IMG/VR virus record: IMGVR_UViG_2739367553_000005
Location: 21,071-85,070 of that record
Direction: 5' to 3' (one strand)
Origin: a virus
Lineage: Duplodnaviria > Caudoviricetes
DNA length: 64,000 bases
Position 1 is the stretch's first letter. Each line of letters begins with the position of its first letter. Both the position numbers and the translations under genes were made by a program. The notes beneath the pieces are model-generated. The model was not told the origin of the DNA and did no database searches. It saw only the letters and a program-made list of their open reading frames with translations. This document shows, piece by piece, positions 17,652-27,439 of the stretch.

Positions 17652-19367
17652 TTAAAATGGTCGCTTCATGGCCTTTGCTTCTGCGGTAAAACCACCCTCA
17701 ATAAATCTTTCTAATTGGCTTAGGCTATCGGGGCTGTCATCATGCGGATTGTCACCGATTTGAACAAATGTAGTGAGCTCGTCCATAGCATCATTATATT
17801 CCTGAGTTCGCATGTATCTATGAATTCCCGGAGGGTCATTCTTTGCAGCCTCTTTAATAAGTTGATTTGGTGCCAAGAAAATAAACCTCCGCTTAATATC
17901 GCCAGAATACTGAATGATTTTCGCCATCTTCGCCATCTTATTTGGTGCCTTTGTGGAAGTAATTGAACATTTATACCCCTGACGAATTAAATCATCATTC
18001 ACATACTTAGCGTACATTTCACCACCGTTGTTCGCTTCAAAGTTTATCTGCTGAATTTTGTTTCCAACAATCTTCCCTTCAACAACGGGTATAGTAACCT
18101 CTTTAATGCCCTTATTAAAAACCCAGTCTGGTAGATACACATCTCCATTTTCATATTCAAATCCAATTGGCATGGAAAGAGCGTCACCACCACCCCAAGC
18201 CACATCACACGCTGTAACTACACGAACAAAACCACTCTCGGGCAATATTCCAAAAAAGAATCTAAGCTCGTCTTCTGGAAATAACAATCCCTCTCGAATA
18301 AATGGATTTTGCTGATACTTTGCCATCCATTCATTTTTATCCAGCCTATCTTTCATATCAAGATAATACTTTGTTGAAAATCCCTTTATCTCGTATTGGA
18401 AATTTGATTCTTCCTTTTCATTTAATGCTGGTATTTTTCGAAATCGGAATCTTGTATTGTAGGCATTTTCTTTTTCAATTTTACCCAAGGGATCTATTGT
18501 ATTCCACCTAGTCCCCACCATTAGTTCCCTTGCCCCGTCATTTTTACGGTCGACCATCTTATTCAAATATTCCTGATAGGTATTCTCCATACGAATCGGA
18601 TTTAATGAATGCTCACGATCTCGGATAAGGTCATCTACGTAAAGGTAACCATCTGCAGATATATCAACAGCACCGGTCCATGTGCCATCAATACCACGGC
18701 ATGTGAGACTGGCAAAGCGATCTGGTTCTCCCAGGTTGATTTCCAAATCTTCTGCACTTGTCTTCTGCAGCTTAGAATCCGGGAATATCTCAGCAAAAGT
18801 GTATTCCTTTGTATTTATAAGGTTTATAGCTTCACCATAGAAACCTTTTGCCAGCTTTCCGGAATGGCCGCCCATGGCATTATGACTGTTAGGACGCTTT
18901 CCAATAATCCAAGCCATGAAGAAAATGCATATAGTACTCTTTCCAACACGAGAGGGCATTGAAAGGCCGTAAAAGTCAAGTTTTTTATCTTCCAGATCCT
19001 GAAGATCATCGGCAACCACCTTCAGCGTATTTCGCCGTGGAAGATAAAAACGCTTATCTGGCTTCCGGTCCTTCTCCATGTAAATCAAAAACGATTCAAA
19101 CAGGAACGGAGCTTCAAAGAGCAAAGTTTTCCAGTACAGGTCATCCCATCGGGTATCCATGGTTTGGACAAACCTTGTGACCGCCCATTTCTTTATAAAC
19201 CCGGAATAAGCCATGATAAAATCCCGGTTATCAACCGGCAAATCCGGATTATCTTGCATTGTATATTGAAGTTCTGATAACAGAATGTTTAGAATGTCGT
19301 AAGAAGGCGGCGTTTCAATTTGCCGCTTTAATTTTTTGATTATTTCCCGGTGCTCATGGAAATCCAT
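17652..19367 (-). CDS. terL: Terminase large subunit
   Basis: Walker A MPSRVGKS, Walker B YLYVDD, MVGTRW, nuclease DVAWGGGD and HDDSPDSLS. Confidence 0.92.
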   Translation of the reverse strand: MDFHEHREIIKKLKRQIETPPSYDILNILLSELQYTMQDNPDLPVDNRDFIMAYSGFIKKWAVTRFVQTMDTRWDDLYWKTLLFEAPFLFESFLIYMEKDRKPDKRFYLPRRNTLKVVADDLQDLEDKKLDFYGLSMPSRVGKSTICIFFMAWIIGKRPNSHNAMGGHSGKLAKGFYGEAINLINTKEYTFAEIFPDSKLQKTSAEDLEINLGEPDRFASLTCRGIDGTWTGAVDISADGYLYVDDLIRDREHSLNPIRMENTYQEYLNKMVDRKNDGARELMVGTRWNTIDPLGKIEKENAYNTRFRFRKIPALNEKEESNFQYEIKGFSTKYYLDMKDRLDKNEWMAKYQQNPFIREGLLFPEDELRFFFGILPESGFVRVVTACDVAWGGGDALSMPIGFEYENGDVYLPDWVFNKGIKEVTIPVVEGKIVGNKIQQINFEANNGGEMYAKYVNDDLIRQGYKCSITSTKAPNKMAKMAKIIQYSGDIKRRFIFLAPNQLIKEAAKNDPPGIHRYMRTQEYNDAMDELTTFVQIGDNPHDDSPDSLSQLERFIEGGFTAEAKAMKRPF

Positions 19368-19459
19368 AGAAAAAGAGCCTCCTTTCCCTTGTGTTTAACA
19401 AAGGTCCGAAGGCTCACTAGGCTCTGGTTTAAATCAGACATATTACTAATTATTTAAAC

Positions 19460-19786
19460 TTGATTATTGATGATTTTTTAGCCGTATCACAGACTATGCT
19501 AATGGCGTTAAATATAAATCTATATACAAGAAATATAAATAAAAGCAATGTTATAGAATACATACGTAAAGTGACAGCTATAACAAAGCTTAAGCTCAAA
19601 TTTATTATGCATATAGACCTGCATAAAGAAATAAAATCCACATCAATAGATTTATCCAAAAAGCTGTCAGTTTTAATGGCTAACTCAAAAGAGCTGCAAT
19701 ACTGCAAATTGCTTTTTAATGAAACCTTTAAATCATTAAATATACTATATCCACTACAAGGGACCAATATCCGTTTGTTTTCTTGA
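19460..19786 (+). CDS. Hypothetical AT-rich moron protein
   Basis: 108-aa ORF on the counter strand; weak support. Confidence 0.4.
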   Translation: MIIDDFLAVSQTMLMALNINLYTRNINKSNVIEYIRKVTAITKLKLKFIMHIDLHKEIKSTSIDLSKKLSVLMANSKELQYCKLLFNETFKSLNILYPLQGTNIRLFS

Positions 19787-19800
19787 TCGACTTTACATAT

Positions 19801-20247
19801 TTATGTATTATTATTTATAGTAAGTTCAGTACTTCCCTTGGTCTTAACCAAATCAATTACACCAGTTGACTTAGAATGTACGTCATAAACAATTTCAATT
19901 TTATCTTTTGTTAATATCAGCTCTTTTAATCCAACGCTTCCCTTATCTGAATCATAAGTTATATTATTTAATTGTATAGTCTTAGTATCAATCCAGAATG
20001 CATTTTTTTCGGACATAGGAATAAACACTTTTCCTATTACCATTTTTAAATAATTAAAATCAATATTATGCGTTCCGTTATAATTAAATTTCAAAATAAT
20101 TTCTATTGCTTTCCAGCTTTTACACAAAGCCTCTTTATTAGTATATTTCTTTTTGATTTTGTAATAGTAAAATATCAATATCATGACTGAAATTAAAAGC
20201 GCTAACAGTATTAAAACATTTATCTTTAGTATAGATAACCACTTCAT
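19801..20247 (-). CDS. Hypothetical protein with N-terminal TM helix
   Basis: GGAAGG RBS; hydrophobic residues 5-28. Confidence 0.65.
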   Translation of the reverse strand: MKWLSILKINVLILLALLISVMILIFYYYKIKKKYTNKEALCKSWKAIEIILKFNYNGTHNIDFNYLKMVIGKVFIPMSEKNAFWIDTKTIQLNNITYDSDKGSVGLKELILTKDKIEIVYDVHSKSTGVIDLVKTKGSTELTINNNT

Positions 20248-20259
20248 TTGTGCACCTTC

Positions 20260-20544
20260 CTATTTTTTATTAAGTATAGCATAACTCCAAAAGAAATGGC
20301 AATTACTCACTTCCACAACAAACTCTTTATTGCACTTATTATTTTTGCACTTGAAAGGTAGATTGTGTATTCTAGTTTCAGGCAAAATTTTAAGTGCCTT
20401 CTTGTCACACCATGGACAAACTGCCCAACGGCTCCCATCTGGCAGTACTCTTATATCTGCCTGCCCTCCATCTTCTGGAGGATTCATGACACTGCCAAAT
20501 GCATCATGTTCTATTGATTCAATTACTTTACTTATGTTAATCAC
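20260..20544 (-). CDS. Small Zn-ribbon protein
   Basis: CPWC...CKNNKC motifs; GAGGTG RBS. Confidence 0.7.
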   Translation of the reverse strand: MINISKVIESIEHDAFGSVMNPPEDGGQADIRVLPDGSRWAVCPWCDKKALKILPETRIHNLPFKCKNNKCNKEFVVEVSNCHFFWSYAILNKK

Positions 20545-20597
20545 CTCGCTTTTTCAATAAAAAACCAACCACCGAGTATTGATGGTTGGATATCACA

Positions 20598-21131
20598 TTA
20601 TTTAAGCCTTTTTTTCTTGCAATACATATTATCTACGAACAGTTGAATAAACACTGCAACTACCATAGAAAAAAAGACAGGTATACCTATATGAATTAAC
20701 AATACTGCAATTAAAGGTATTGCTGCTTGTGTACAATAAGCAATTGATCCACACAATTTAACAGAGCCTTGGACAAACCATTTCAATATTATTATTAATA
20801 CTATGAAGTGAATTATAATCGTAATTGGCTCATATATATCTACCTGCTTTTCTCCGCTGATCAAAAACCAAAACGAAATTGTTAATATAGATTTAACAAG
20901 ATCTTTTAGTGTATCAAAAAGAAAATCTTTTATTTTTGCATTATTATCTTTAAATTTTAATACCCCAGTAGCCCAAAATAATGCCGCTACAATTTGGTAA
21001 CTACCAAGTAAAGAACTATTTTGCTCTAATTTATATTTACCAAGTAAGGTTAGTGAAATAAAAAAAATAATATCAATCAAAATATCAGTCAAAGCTACAA
21101 CTTTCTTTTTCATTCGTAATACTCCATTCAT
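20598..21131 (-). CDS. Multi-pass membrane protein (moron)
   Basis: About six hydrophobic segments; AT-rich. Confidence 0.7.
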   Translation of the reverse strand: MNGVLRMKKKVVALTDILIDIIFFISLTLLGKYKLEQNSSLLGSYQIVAALFWATGVLKFKDNNAKIKDFLFDTLKDLVKSILTISFWFLISGEKQVDIYEPITIIIHFIVLIIILKWFVQGSVKLCGSIAYCTQAAIPLIAVLLIHIGIPVFFSMVVAVFIQLFVDNMYCKKKRLK

Positions 21132-21188
21132 TCATGATACAATGACTATATCATACCAACCACCAATATTCAATTTCCAATGTTCAAA

Positions 21189-21259
21189 TTGGGCTGCCCG
21201 GATTCGAACCAGGAAATGCAGGAATCAAATCCTGTGCTTTACCATTTGGCAATAGCCCA
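21189..21259 (-). tRNA. tRNA-Gln(TTG)-like gene, degenerate (6-nt anticodon loop)
   Basis: TGGGCTATTGCCAAATGGTAAAGCACAGGATTTGATTCCTGCATTTCCTGGTTCGAATCCGGGCAGCCCA: TGGTAA D-loop, GGTTCGAATCC T-arm, CAGGA/TCCTG anticodon stem. Confidence 0.8.
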
Positions 21260-21275
21260 TAAGTAGATCAGCTTC

Positions 21276-21596
21276 CTAACAATTATTGCGACAGTGATAT
21301 GATCCCCCTACCATCAAGTTAATTTCTTTTTCACTGAATCCGCACTTGTCCAGCCTGCGGACCGCCTTATATTTTTCTTTTGGATGCAAATTTTTATATA
21401 CCTGGCGAATCACCTGTAGGCTTTTGGAGATTCCGTCAACAAGTTTCAGCAACATATCTCTTACAATCTCAATTACCTCTTTCGCGGTTTGGCTGGCCTT
21501 TACGATTGACCTCTTGAACTCAATTACCTGTATTCCTGTATGTACTATTTCCTCTTTCTGCTGTTCTGAGAAACACATCATATCTGCTACCTCCAT
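21276..21596 (-). CDS. Hypothetical phage protein
   Basis: 106-aa ORF in the operon direction. Confidence 0.6.
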   Translation of the reverse strand: MEVADMMCFSEQQKEEIVHTGIQVIEFKRSIVKASQTAKEVIEIVRDMLLKLVDGISKSLQVIRQVYKNLHPKEKYKAVRRLDKCGFSEKEINLMVGGSYHCRNNC

Positions 21597-21757
21597 ATCG
21601 GCGCCAAAGCCAGAATATACATGATTGCCATAACACCAAATCCGACCGTTGCTGCCTTATTTCTTTTCCAGATCAGCCCTCTAGAGAACCAAAGAATGAA
21701 AATCACCATGAATACATTCCAGGCTGTTACAATCCATTTCAATGCTTCCATATCCAT
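21587..21757 (-). CDS. Small two-TM membrane protein, 56 aa (not in ORF track)
   Basis: Manual translation MDMEALKWIVTAWNVFMVIFILWFSRG...ILALAPIWR; AGGGGGT RBS. Confidence 0.55.
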   Translation of the reverse strand: MDMEALKWIVTAWNVFMVIFILWFSRGLIWKRNKAATVGFGVMAIMYILALAPIWR

Positions 21758-22155
21758 CACCCCTCTTTTACATCTGCCAAATCAAATACGATACCTCTGC
21801 AGTACGGTTCTTCATTTTCATAAATCATAAATGTTTCATGGGGGATATCCGTTTTATATGTCCATGTAATCATATTTCCATTTTCATCTAATGCAGCTTT
21901 ATCGCACCACAAGGCTTCAATATAGTTTGCAAGCTCTAAACCATCTTGAGATACACCGGTCCTATCAAAAAATACCTTTCCACCATCAAAGCAGCCGCCC
22001 TCATCATAAATTGCTCCATCAAACTCGATCAAGTCATCAGAAGCACCACTGACGATTACGAGACCGGCATCTATGGCAGCACGCCTCACGTCTCTGAAGA
22101 TCTCATAGCCGTATTCTCGACCATTTATTAATTGTGCCAATTCTTTCTTGTCCAT
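21757..22155 (-). CDS. Conserved hypothetical phage protein
   Basis: GLVIVSGASDDLIEFDGAIYDEGGC...TDIPHETF...CRGIVF pattern; AAAGGAG RBS. Confidence 0.75.
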   Translation of the reverse strand: MDKKELAQLINGREYGYEIFRDVRRAAIDAGLVIVSGASDDLIEFDGAIYDEGGCFDGGKVFFDRTGVSQDGLELANYIEALWCDKAALDENGNMITWTYKTDIPHETFMIYENEEPYCRGIVFDLADVKEG

Positions 22156-22167
22156 GGATATCTCCTT

Positions 22168-22539
22168 TCAAAATTCATAGTCCTTAGGGCCACATTCCGG
22201 ATCTTCTACGGGATCTGGTTCTTTACCAACTATCCTGTTTGCTAATTCCAGCGCCATCTGGTCATAAGGGATTGAACCATCTGTTTCTTGTAAATATCCA
22301 TAGATAGAAGCAACTAAAGCATTATACCAGTCGCCTTTCTGCAAAAACTCAGCCCTGACCACCTCTGCAGCTTCTTGGAGACAGCCGTCACTTTCAATGC
22401 TTTCGCTGTTCATCCATTCCACAAACTGCATGAAAAAAGTATTTGAATTAGTTTTCATAATTTCTTCATTCGCTGCGATTACCTTATAATTTTTCACTTT
22501 TCTTACCTCCCACAATAAGTTCAACGAGTTGCTTTGCAT
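22168..22539 (-). CDS. Hypothetical phage protein
   Basis: 123-aa ORF in the operon direction. Confidence 0.6.
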   Translation of the reverse strand: MQSNSLNLLWEVRKVKNYKVIAANEEIMKTNSNTFFMQFVEWMNSESIESDGCLQEAAEVVRAEFLQKGDWYNALVASIYGYLQETDGSIPYDQMALELANRIVGKEPDPVEDPECGPKDYEF

Positions 22540-22681
22540 CCAGGTGCTGGAACTTGATTTAACTAATATAATTCTATTACTTTCGTGTTGCTTAATTGAC
22601 AGAATTTGGCAATAGTAGTAAAATAATACGCAAAGAAATAATACTTTAATCGAAACAAAAACTTTAAAAGGGAGGACGCTT

Positions 22682-23077
22682 ATGGGCTTTCTTGATGGTT
22701 TTATGCAAGGCTTTAAAAATAATCAAAGCAATAAAGAAATTGTAGATATGTACCATGAAATAAACGAACTTGATACTAACTACAGGGATAAAGCTTTTAA
22801 CAATGCTACATCTAAAAATGGCTGGTATAAATGTCCGAAATGCGGTAAAAATTTTAGAAAATCTGAAATTGACATTGACCATATTGTACCTAAAAGCCAA
22901 GGCGGCGATAATTCACGTTACAATTTACAATTGCTTTGTTATCACTGCAACCGTTCGAAGCAAGCAGATACATCAGACACATCTTCGGATTTAAAAAAAC
23001 GCCGCAACGAGCTTAATCAACAGGATAAAGAAGATCTAAATTTTTTAAATAATATATCCAAAAATTCAAGGAGGTAA
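22682..23077 (+). CDS. HNH endonuclease (moron)
   Basis: CPKC...IDIDHIVPKSQGGDNSRYNLQLLCYHCNRSK; GGGAGG RBS. Confidence 0.9.
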   Translation: MGFLDGFMQGFKNNQSNKEIVDMYHEINELDTNYRDKAFNNATSKNGWYKCPKCGKNFRKSEIDIDHIVPKSQGGDNSRYNLQLLCYHCNRSKQADTSDTSSDLKKRRNELNQQDKEDLNFLNNISKNSRR

Positions 23078-23081
23078 CATT

Positions 23082-23300
23082 ATGTCATTTTTTGAAAGCT
23101 TAGGTAAGGTAGTTGGTAGCGTTGCTGGAGCTGCTTGTGATGAACTTCAGGCCAAAAACGAACGTATTCAAAATTATAAAGATAGGCATGATAGGTTAGA
23201 TGATGAAAGTCTTATTAATAAAACTAAAAGTAGTCATGGAGATGAGAAAATTGCCTGTATGATGCTTTTAAAAGAACGAGGATATGGTAATAATAATTAA
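23082..23300 (+). CDS. Small protein co-transcribed with the HNH gene
   Basis: GGAGG RBS; followed by a terminator (AACAGCACC...GGTGCTGTT). Confidence 0.7.
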   Translation: MSFFESLGKVVGSVAGAACDELQAKNERIQNYKDRHDRLDDESLINKTKSSHGDEKIACMMLLKERGYGNNN

Positions 23301-23388
23301 TCAACAGCACCTCTCTGTGGGGTGCTGTTCTTATATTATGCCCCATCGGATTCATATTAATATAGTTCATACTATACCTCCATCAATC

Positions 23389-23592
23389 CTAGTTCTCCCA
23401 TTCAACATTAACTCTCAGAAACTTAATTCCTGCTTTCTTTCCGGAGTAACAATGTGATATAGTAATTAACACATATCCAATACTTAATCCAGACCAGTCA
23501 GCCAGTTCTCTTGACGTATCTGCCACATAAAGCGGCAACTCATATTCATCGGTTTCTACTGCCATGTACAGTTTTTTCTTCATAGCAAACAA
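23389..23592 (-). CDS. Hypothetical phage protein
   Basis: MAVETDEYELPLYVADTSRELA pattern common in Firmicutes phages. Confidence 0.65.
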   Translation of the reverse strand: MFAMKKKLYMAVETDEYELPLYVADTSRELADWSGLSIGYVLITISHCYSGKKAGIKFLRVNVEWEN

Positions 23593-23599
23593 CCCTTAT

Positions 23600-24049
23600 T
23601 CATTTTTTAAGAAAAATTGAAATCCATCTTCTGGACTGGACACGATTCACAACTGTCACCGTATCCCCATCTTTTTCAATCTCTACATTGCAGTTATACT
23701 GGAGAATAGTTCGTCTGAACTTTCTGGCCAGATCATCATCTAGCAGGTTATAAATCATATACAGATTCCCGGCTTTATCTATAATAGGCTTCTTGCCTTC
23801 GGGAATCTCACTTTCCAGGCACTGAATAATTGCTCCTCGGGTATGTCTGCCAAAATAGAAAAACAACCAACCGGCTAATGGCCACTTTCCGTCATTCAGA
23901 AAGTATGGGTCATATCTGGGAATCCACCAAGGTTTATTTAAAGAGAACTGAACGTACCATTCATAGCATTCCTGAGTTTTGAAATTCGCAAAAGCAAACA
24001 GGAAAGTTCCTCTATGTCTTTTGGCGAACAATAGTTTTCGATTAAACAT
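23600..24049 (-). CDS. Hypothetical protein
   Basis: 149-aa ORF; GAGG RBS. Confidence 0.6.
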   Translation of the reverse strand: MFNRKLLFAKRHRGTFLFAFANFKTQECYEWYVQFSLNKPWWIPRYDPYFLNDGKWPLAGWLFFYFGRHTRGAIIQCLESEIPEGKKPIIDKAGNLYMIYNLLDDDLARKFRRTILQYNCNVEIEKDGDTVTVVNRVQSRRWISIFLKK

Positions 24050-24115
24050 TAATGTATCCTCCTGAGGTAAGGCCTTTTTAGTTTTTTGAATTTTTTTAAA
24101 TCACTTTAGGAATCA

Positions 24116-24550
24116 TCATATCAGATAGAGATTATTTTCTATAGCCCGACATTTCAGCTCATACATTTCTTTTTCCTGTTCTTCTTTTCGTTTAACATAA
24201 GCTGGATTATATTGTCTTTCAAATCTTTGAGTATAATATGTAAAAACCTTTGCAGTGTTTAAAGCTGGTTTCCAAAGGTTTATATACCACGTTTCATAAA
24301 TGTCTCGATCCACAGCATCTTCTAGAATTGCAAAACGGTATTTCTTGAAATTATGTTTAACGTCGCCAGTATGCTCATTACCAGTTATATGTCCCCTAAC
24401 CCTTGACAGCAAATGCTCACTATTCCCAACATACATTAATTCATTATCATCATTGTAAAAGAAATATAAGCCAGAAGAATACTTGTCTAAATCATGGTAA
24501 TCACCAACATTATAAAACTCGCTTAAAGATAACTCCTGAAGCATTATCAT
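24116..24550 (-). CDS. GIY-YIG nuclease domain protein (UvrC-N-like)
   Basis: SGLYFFY...LMYVGNSEHLLSRVRGH...YETWYINLWKPALN. Confidence 0.8.
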   Translation of the reverse strand: MIMLQELSLSEFYNVGDYHDLDKYSSGLYFFYNDDNELMYVGNSEHLLSRVRGHITGNEHTGDVKHNFKKYRFAILEDAVDRDIYETWYINLWKPALNTAKVFTYYTQRFERQYNPAYVKRKEEQEKEMYELKCRAIENNLYLI

Positions 24551-24970
24551 TTTATAGTTCCTCCCCTATTTATCTAATTCTTGATTAGTTACAGCAAATC
24601 TATCAGATGCAAAACTCATTACTTCAATTCATAAAAGGCCTTTTTATCTTTGAGAAAACTCAGGCAGCTAACTACGCCCAGAAAGCCATTTCTGTATACC
24701 CCCTCTAGCCCCATATCTTCACCAAATCACTACCTAGACTCTATCTTTAAATATTGCATAAATCCAATGCATTTTTTTAAGCACATTATACAAAGCAAAA
24801 GGATTGTATTTGATTACTCATCTCAACTATTCGTTAAATTACCGTTTAACGCAGTCTTGACCTTAAAATATGCACAAAATTATTGGTGATTAATATGCAC
24901 ATTGTATAAGTCCTATTGAATTTTATCTTTTGTATGAGTAAATTTAGATATTGTCAGAATATTCGATATG

Positions 24971-25603
24971 TTAATCCGGTAATTCGTCAGCCGATTCCGG
25001 CAGCAGGTCAACTGTGTGAGCCCTGGCTTCTATCTCCTCGCGGCTTACTGTTATGCGTGCCGTTCCGTCTGCTCCTCTTGGTTGCCCCATGTTCCACCCA
25101 TAATGTCGGTTGAGCGCCGGGAGTATTTTCATGGGGTTTGAGCCACCAGAAATCAATTTGTTGCTCAAACTTTCTTCTCTTTCGGAGTTGAGTTTTTTGT
25201 ATATCTCGGAGGCACCAGAAGCGACTTGTGTCTCATTATTGCCCCAAGAATAGAAAGTATCTTGATTAATACCAGTAAGCTTAGAGAAACCAATAATACT
25301 AATCTCCTTGTCATATTCATAACAGAGAGTTATATAAACATCACATATATTACTAATAAGGTCTATATTATAAGCATTACTTACTCTGCTATCTATAATT
25401 AACTTATCTTTATTAACACCAAATAAAGCTTTATTTATATATATAAGGGCAGCATTCCAACGACTCTGGGGTTCCTTACGCATATCAGAGATACCACGTC
25501 CCTCTATGTATTCTTGGAGATATAGAGATATCTCATTTTCAAAGACATCAACTGTATTCCCATCAGTATCAGCTACAGTAGTGTAATTAATATTATCTGA
25601 CAT
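24971..25603 (-). CDS. Putative terminase small subunit
   Basis: HTH ISIIGFSKLTGINQDTFYSWG and NPMKILPALNRHYGWN, typical of gp3-like TerS; upstream of terL in the same direction. Confidence 0.55.
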   Translation of the reverse strand: MSDNINYTTVADTDGNTVDVFENEISLYLQEYIEGRGISDMRKEPQSRWNAALIYINKALFGVNKDKLIIDSRVSNAYNIDLISNICDVYITLCYEYDKEISIIGFSKLTGINQDTFYSWGNNETQVASGASEIYKKLNSEREESLSNKLISGGSNPMKILPALNRHYGWNMGQPRGADGTARITVSREEIEARAHTVDLLPESADELPD

Positions 25604-26547
25604 AATGTTTTATATCTCCTTTCTGGCTCTTATACAGGTATATATAAAAGCTTTATATATTTATTATCTGGGTAGATACCACAGATTTATTAATCTTTAA
25701 TTACCTGATCTGATAATGCCAGGGTTATCCGGTCAACAGGATCAGGAATTACTTGGTTCAAAAGTTCCAAACATTCATTCCGTTGCTCTGGATTGGTGCA
25801 TTTCCCAGTGTCATTAAACCTGCAGCTTTCCCGGCTACACTTATCACTTATTCCCTGCATATCATCAACTCCTTGATTTTTAGATTCACTCTGATTCTGC
25901 TCTAACTGTGCTATGACAAATAGATTTAAAATCCATTCTGACGTTCAAATTCGCCCCGTTCGCCGTTCTAAATGTCTTCCGTGGATATTTTCTCACCTGC
26001 CAATTTAAAATCGATTTACGGTCAAATAAAAAAGCCGCCACCTATTGCAAGATACGTTTGCAACGGGTCACGGCTCCGAGAGCTACCAAGCACCGGGGTG
26101 GACAAGTCAACACTCCCTGTATATGTATATATTAACGTGGCTATATACTGCCTTCTTTTAGTTGTCATTGACTATACCTTACCAGACAATTAAATAACTG
26201 TCAATATCTGGTATAAAGTTTTTTTATGTACCCCTATATAGTTATTATACTTACCTCAGGGGATACAGAAAGCCTAAGAGTATATTATTAATAACACAAT
26301 ATGTCTATATATATTTTATAATATATAGGGCTAAAAAATGCATATTTTTGAATATAAAAAGCAGGCTTCAAAGCTTTTTACTGCTCTTCTGCCTGCCTAA
26401 TAAAATCACCATGATAAATTCTCAATGTCCGGAAGATATACCCTTGAGTATTTCTTGTAGAGCCCCCTCGGCTTTTTTAGATTAGCATAAAATGAATTTC
26501 AAATCAACCCTTGACAAGAAATTATGTTTGTGCTATTTGTATTATAA

Positions 26548-26623
26548 CAGCCACCGGCATGGCTGCCCCCAAACGGTATGCCGGAGAGGTTCGGCCTTGC
26601 AGATGATGCAGGGCTTTTCTTTT
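26548..26623 (+). ncRNA. Putative small RNA (promoter, hairpin, terminator)
   Basis: TTGACA at 26511; CCGGCAT/ATGCCGG stem; GCCTTGCA/TGCAGGGC hairpin plus T tract; no ORF. Confidence 0.35.
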
Positions 26624-26667
26624 GTCTGAAAATAACTCAAAAATCACAATGAGAATTATATGAATCT

Positions 26668-27075
26668 TTATAATAAAAATTTATCGGAAATATCATCATA
26701 TGGATATATTATTGTCACGTCGCCTTTTTCATCAATTAAAAGTATATGTAATTTTATTAACTGCCGGAAATAATCAGGAATTAATTTACATTGTCTTTTA
26801 TATTTAATGTGCTTAGGCACTGCTATCGAATAAATTGACAAATCGTTTTTCATGCTTTTAATTAGCTGTCCCAGGCAGGTATTGAAATCCAATCCAACTG
26901 AACTTGTAATTCCTTTAGCTTCGACTATCCAGCACTCATCATTCTTTCTTGCAATTAAATCAACTTGGTTTAAAGTATCAATTTCATAGCCTAAGTCATT
27001 AAAATATTTTTCAATAGAAAACTGTATAAAAGCTTCGTTTGGATATGAATTATCTTTTTTAAAATATTTATTCAT
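26668..27075 (-). CDS. Stand-alone PD-(D/E)XK restriction-endonuclease-like protein
   Basis: NEA...VDLIARK...WIVEAKG...GQL motif. Confidence 0.75.
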   Translation of the reverse strand: MNKYFKKDNSYPNEAFIQFSIEKYFNDLGYEIDTLNQVDLIARKNDECWIVEAKGITSSVGLDFNTCLGQLIKSMKNDLSIYSIAVPKHIKYKRQCKLIPDYFRQLIKLHILLIDEKGDVTIIYPYDDISDKFLL

Positions 27076-27156
27076 AAATTTGACCTTGAATTAATAATCA
27101 CGAGTTTATAGTTACAATTCAAACATTTAAAGAGCCAGCAACCGCCGACCCTTAAA

Positions 27157-27414
27157 TTATATTCGTTCTATCCCGTATTCATAAATCGTATCACTTGGCA
27201 AATCAATTTCATCGGTCCAAAATACGCAAGTCCGACTTTCGTCAACCTGGACCTGCTGGAACAATCCATAAATATTTTTCAGATCTGCAAACTGTGCTAT
27301 GTTGCCGATGTCTTCTTTAACGTCATATAACACTTCTTTGCCATCGTCAAAAATCACTTGTAATAAATAATCATCTAATGGCTTTAATTCTTTTATTCTT
27401 GGTATCATTCCCAC
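27157..27414 (-). CDS. DUF2442 family protein (putative antitoxin)
   Basis: IKELKPLDDYLLQVIFDDG...YDVK...F.QV.VD....V.W..EIDLPSDTIYE. Confidence 0.8.
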   Translation of the reverse strand: MGMIPRIKELKPLDDYLLQVIFDDGKEVLYDVKEDIGNIAQFADLKNIYGLFQQVQVDESRTCVFWTDEIDLPSDTIYEYGIERI

Positions 27415-27439
27415 ACCTCCAGACGGGCGAAAAAGCCGC

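Noticed and set aside
21551-21565. 15-bp match (cctctttctgctgtt) to the repeat arm
   Set aside because: It lies inside a coding region, lacks the core, and is probably coincidental.
24690-24725. GGGGGTATAC-type stretch downstream of the putative terS as a pac/cos site
   Set aside because: Position is plausible, but the sequence alone cannot support it; this needs read-terminus analysis.
26554-26614. HDV-like ribozyme fold
   Set aside because: P1 and P4-like stems can be drawn, but the L3 and J4/2 consensus and P2 pairing fit poorly; hairpin plus terminator is simpler.
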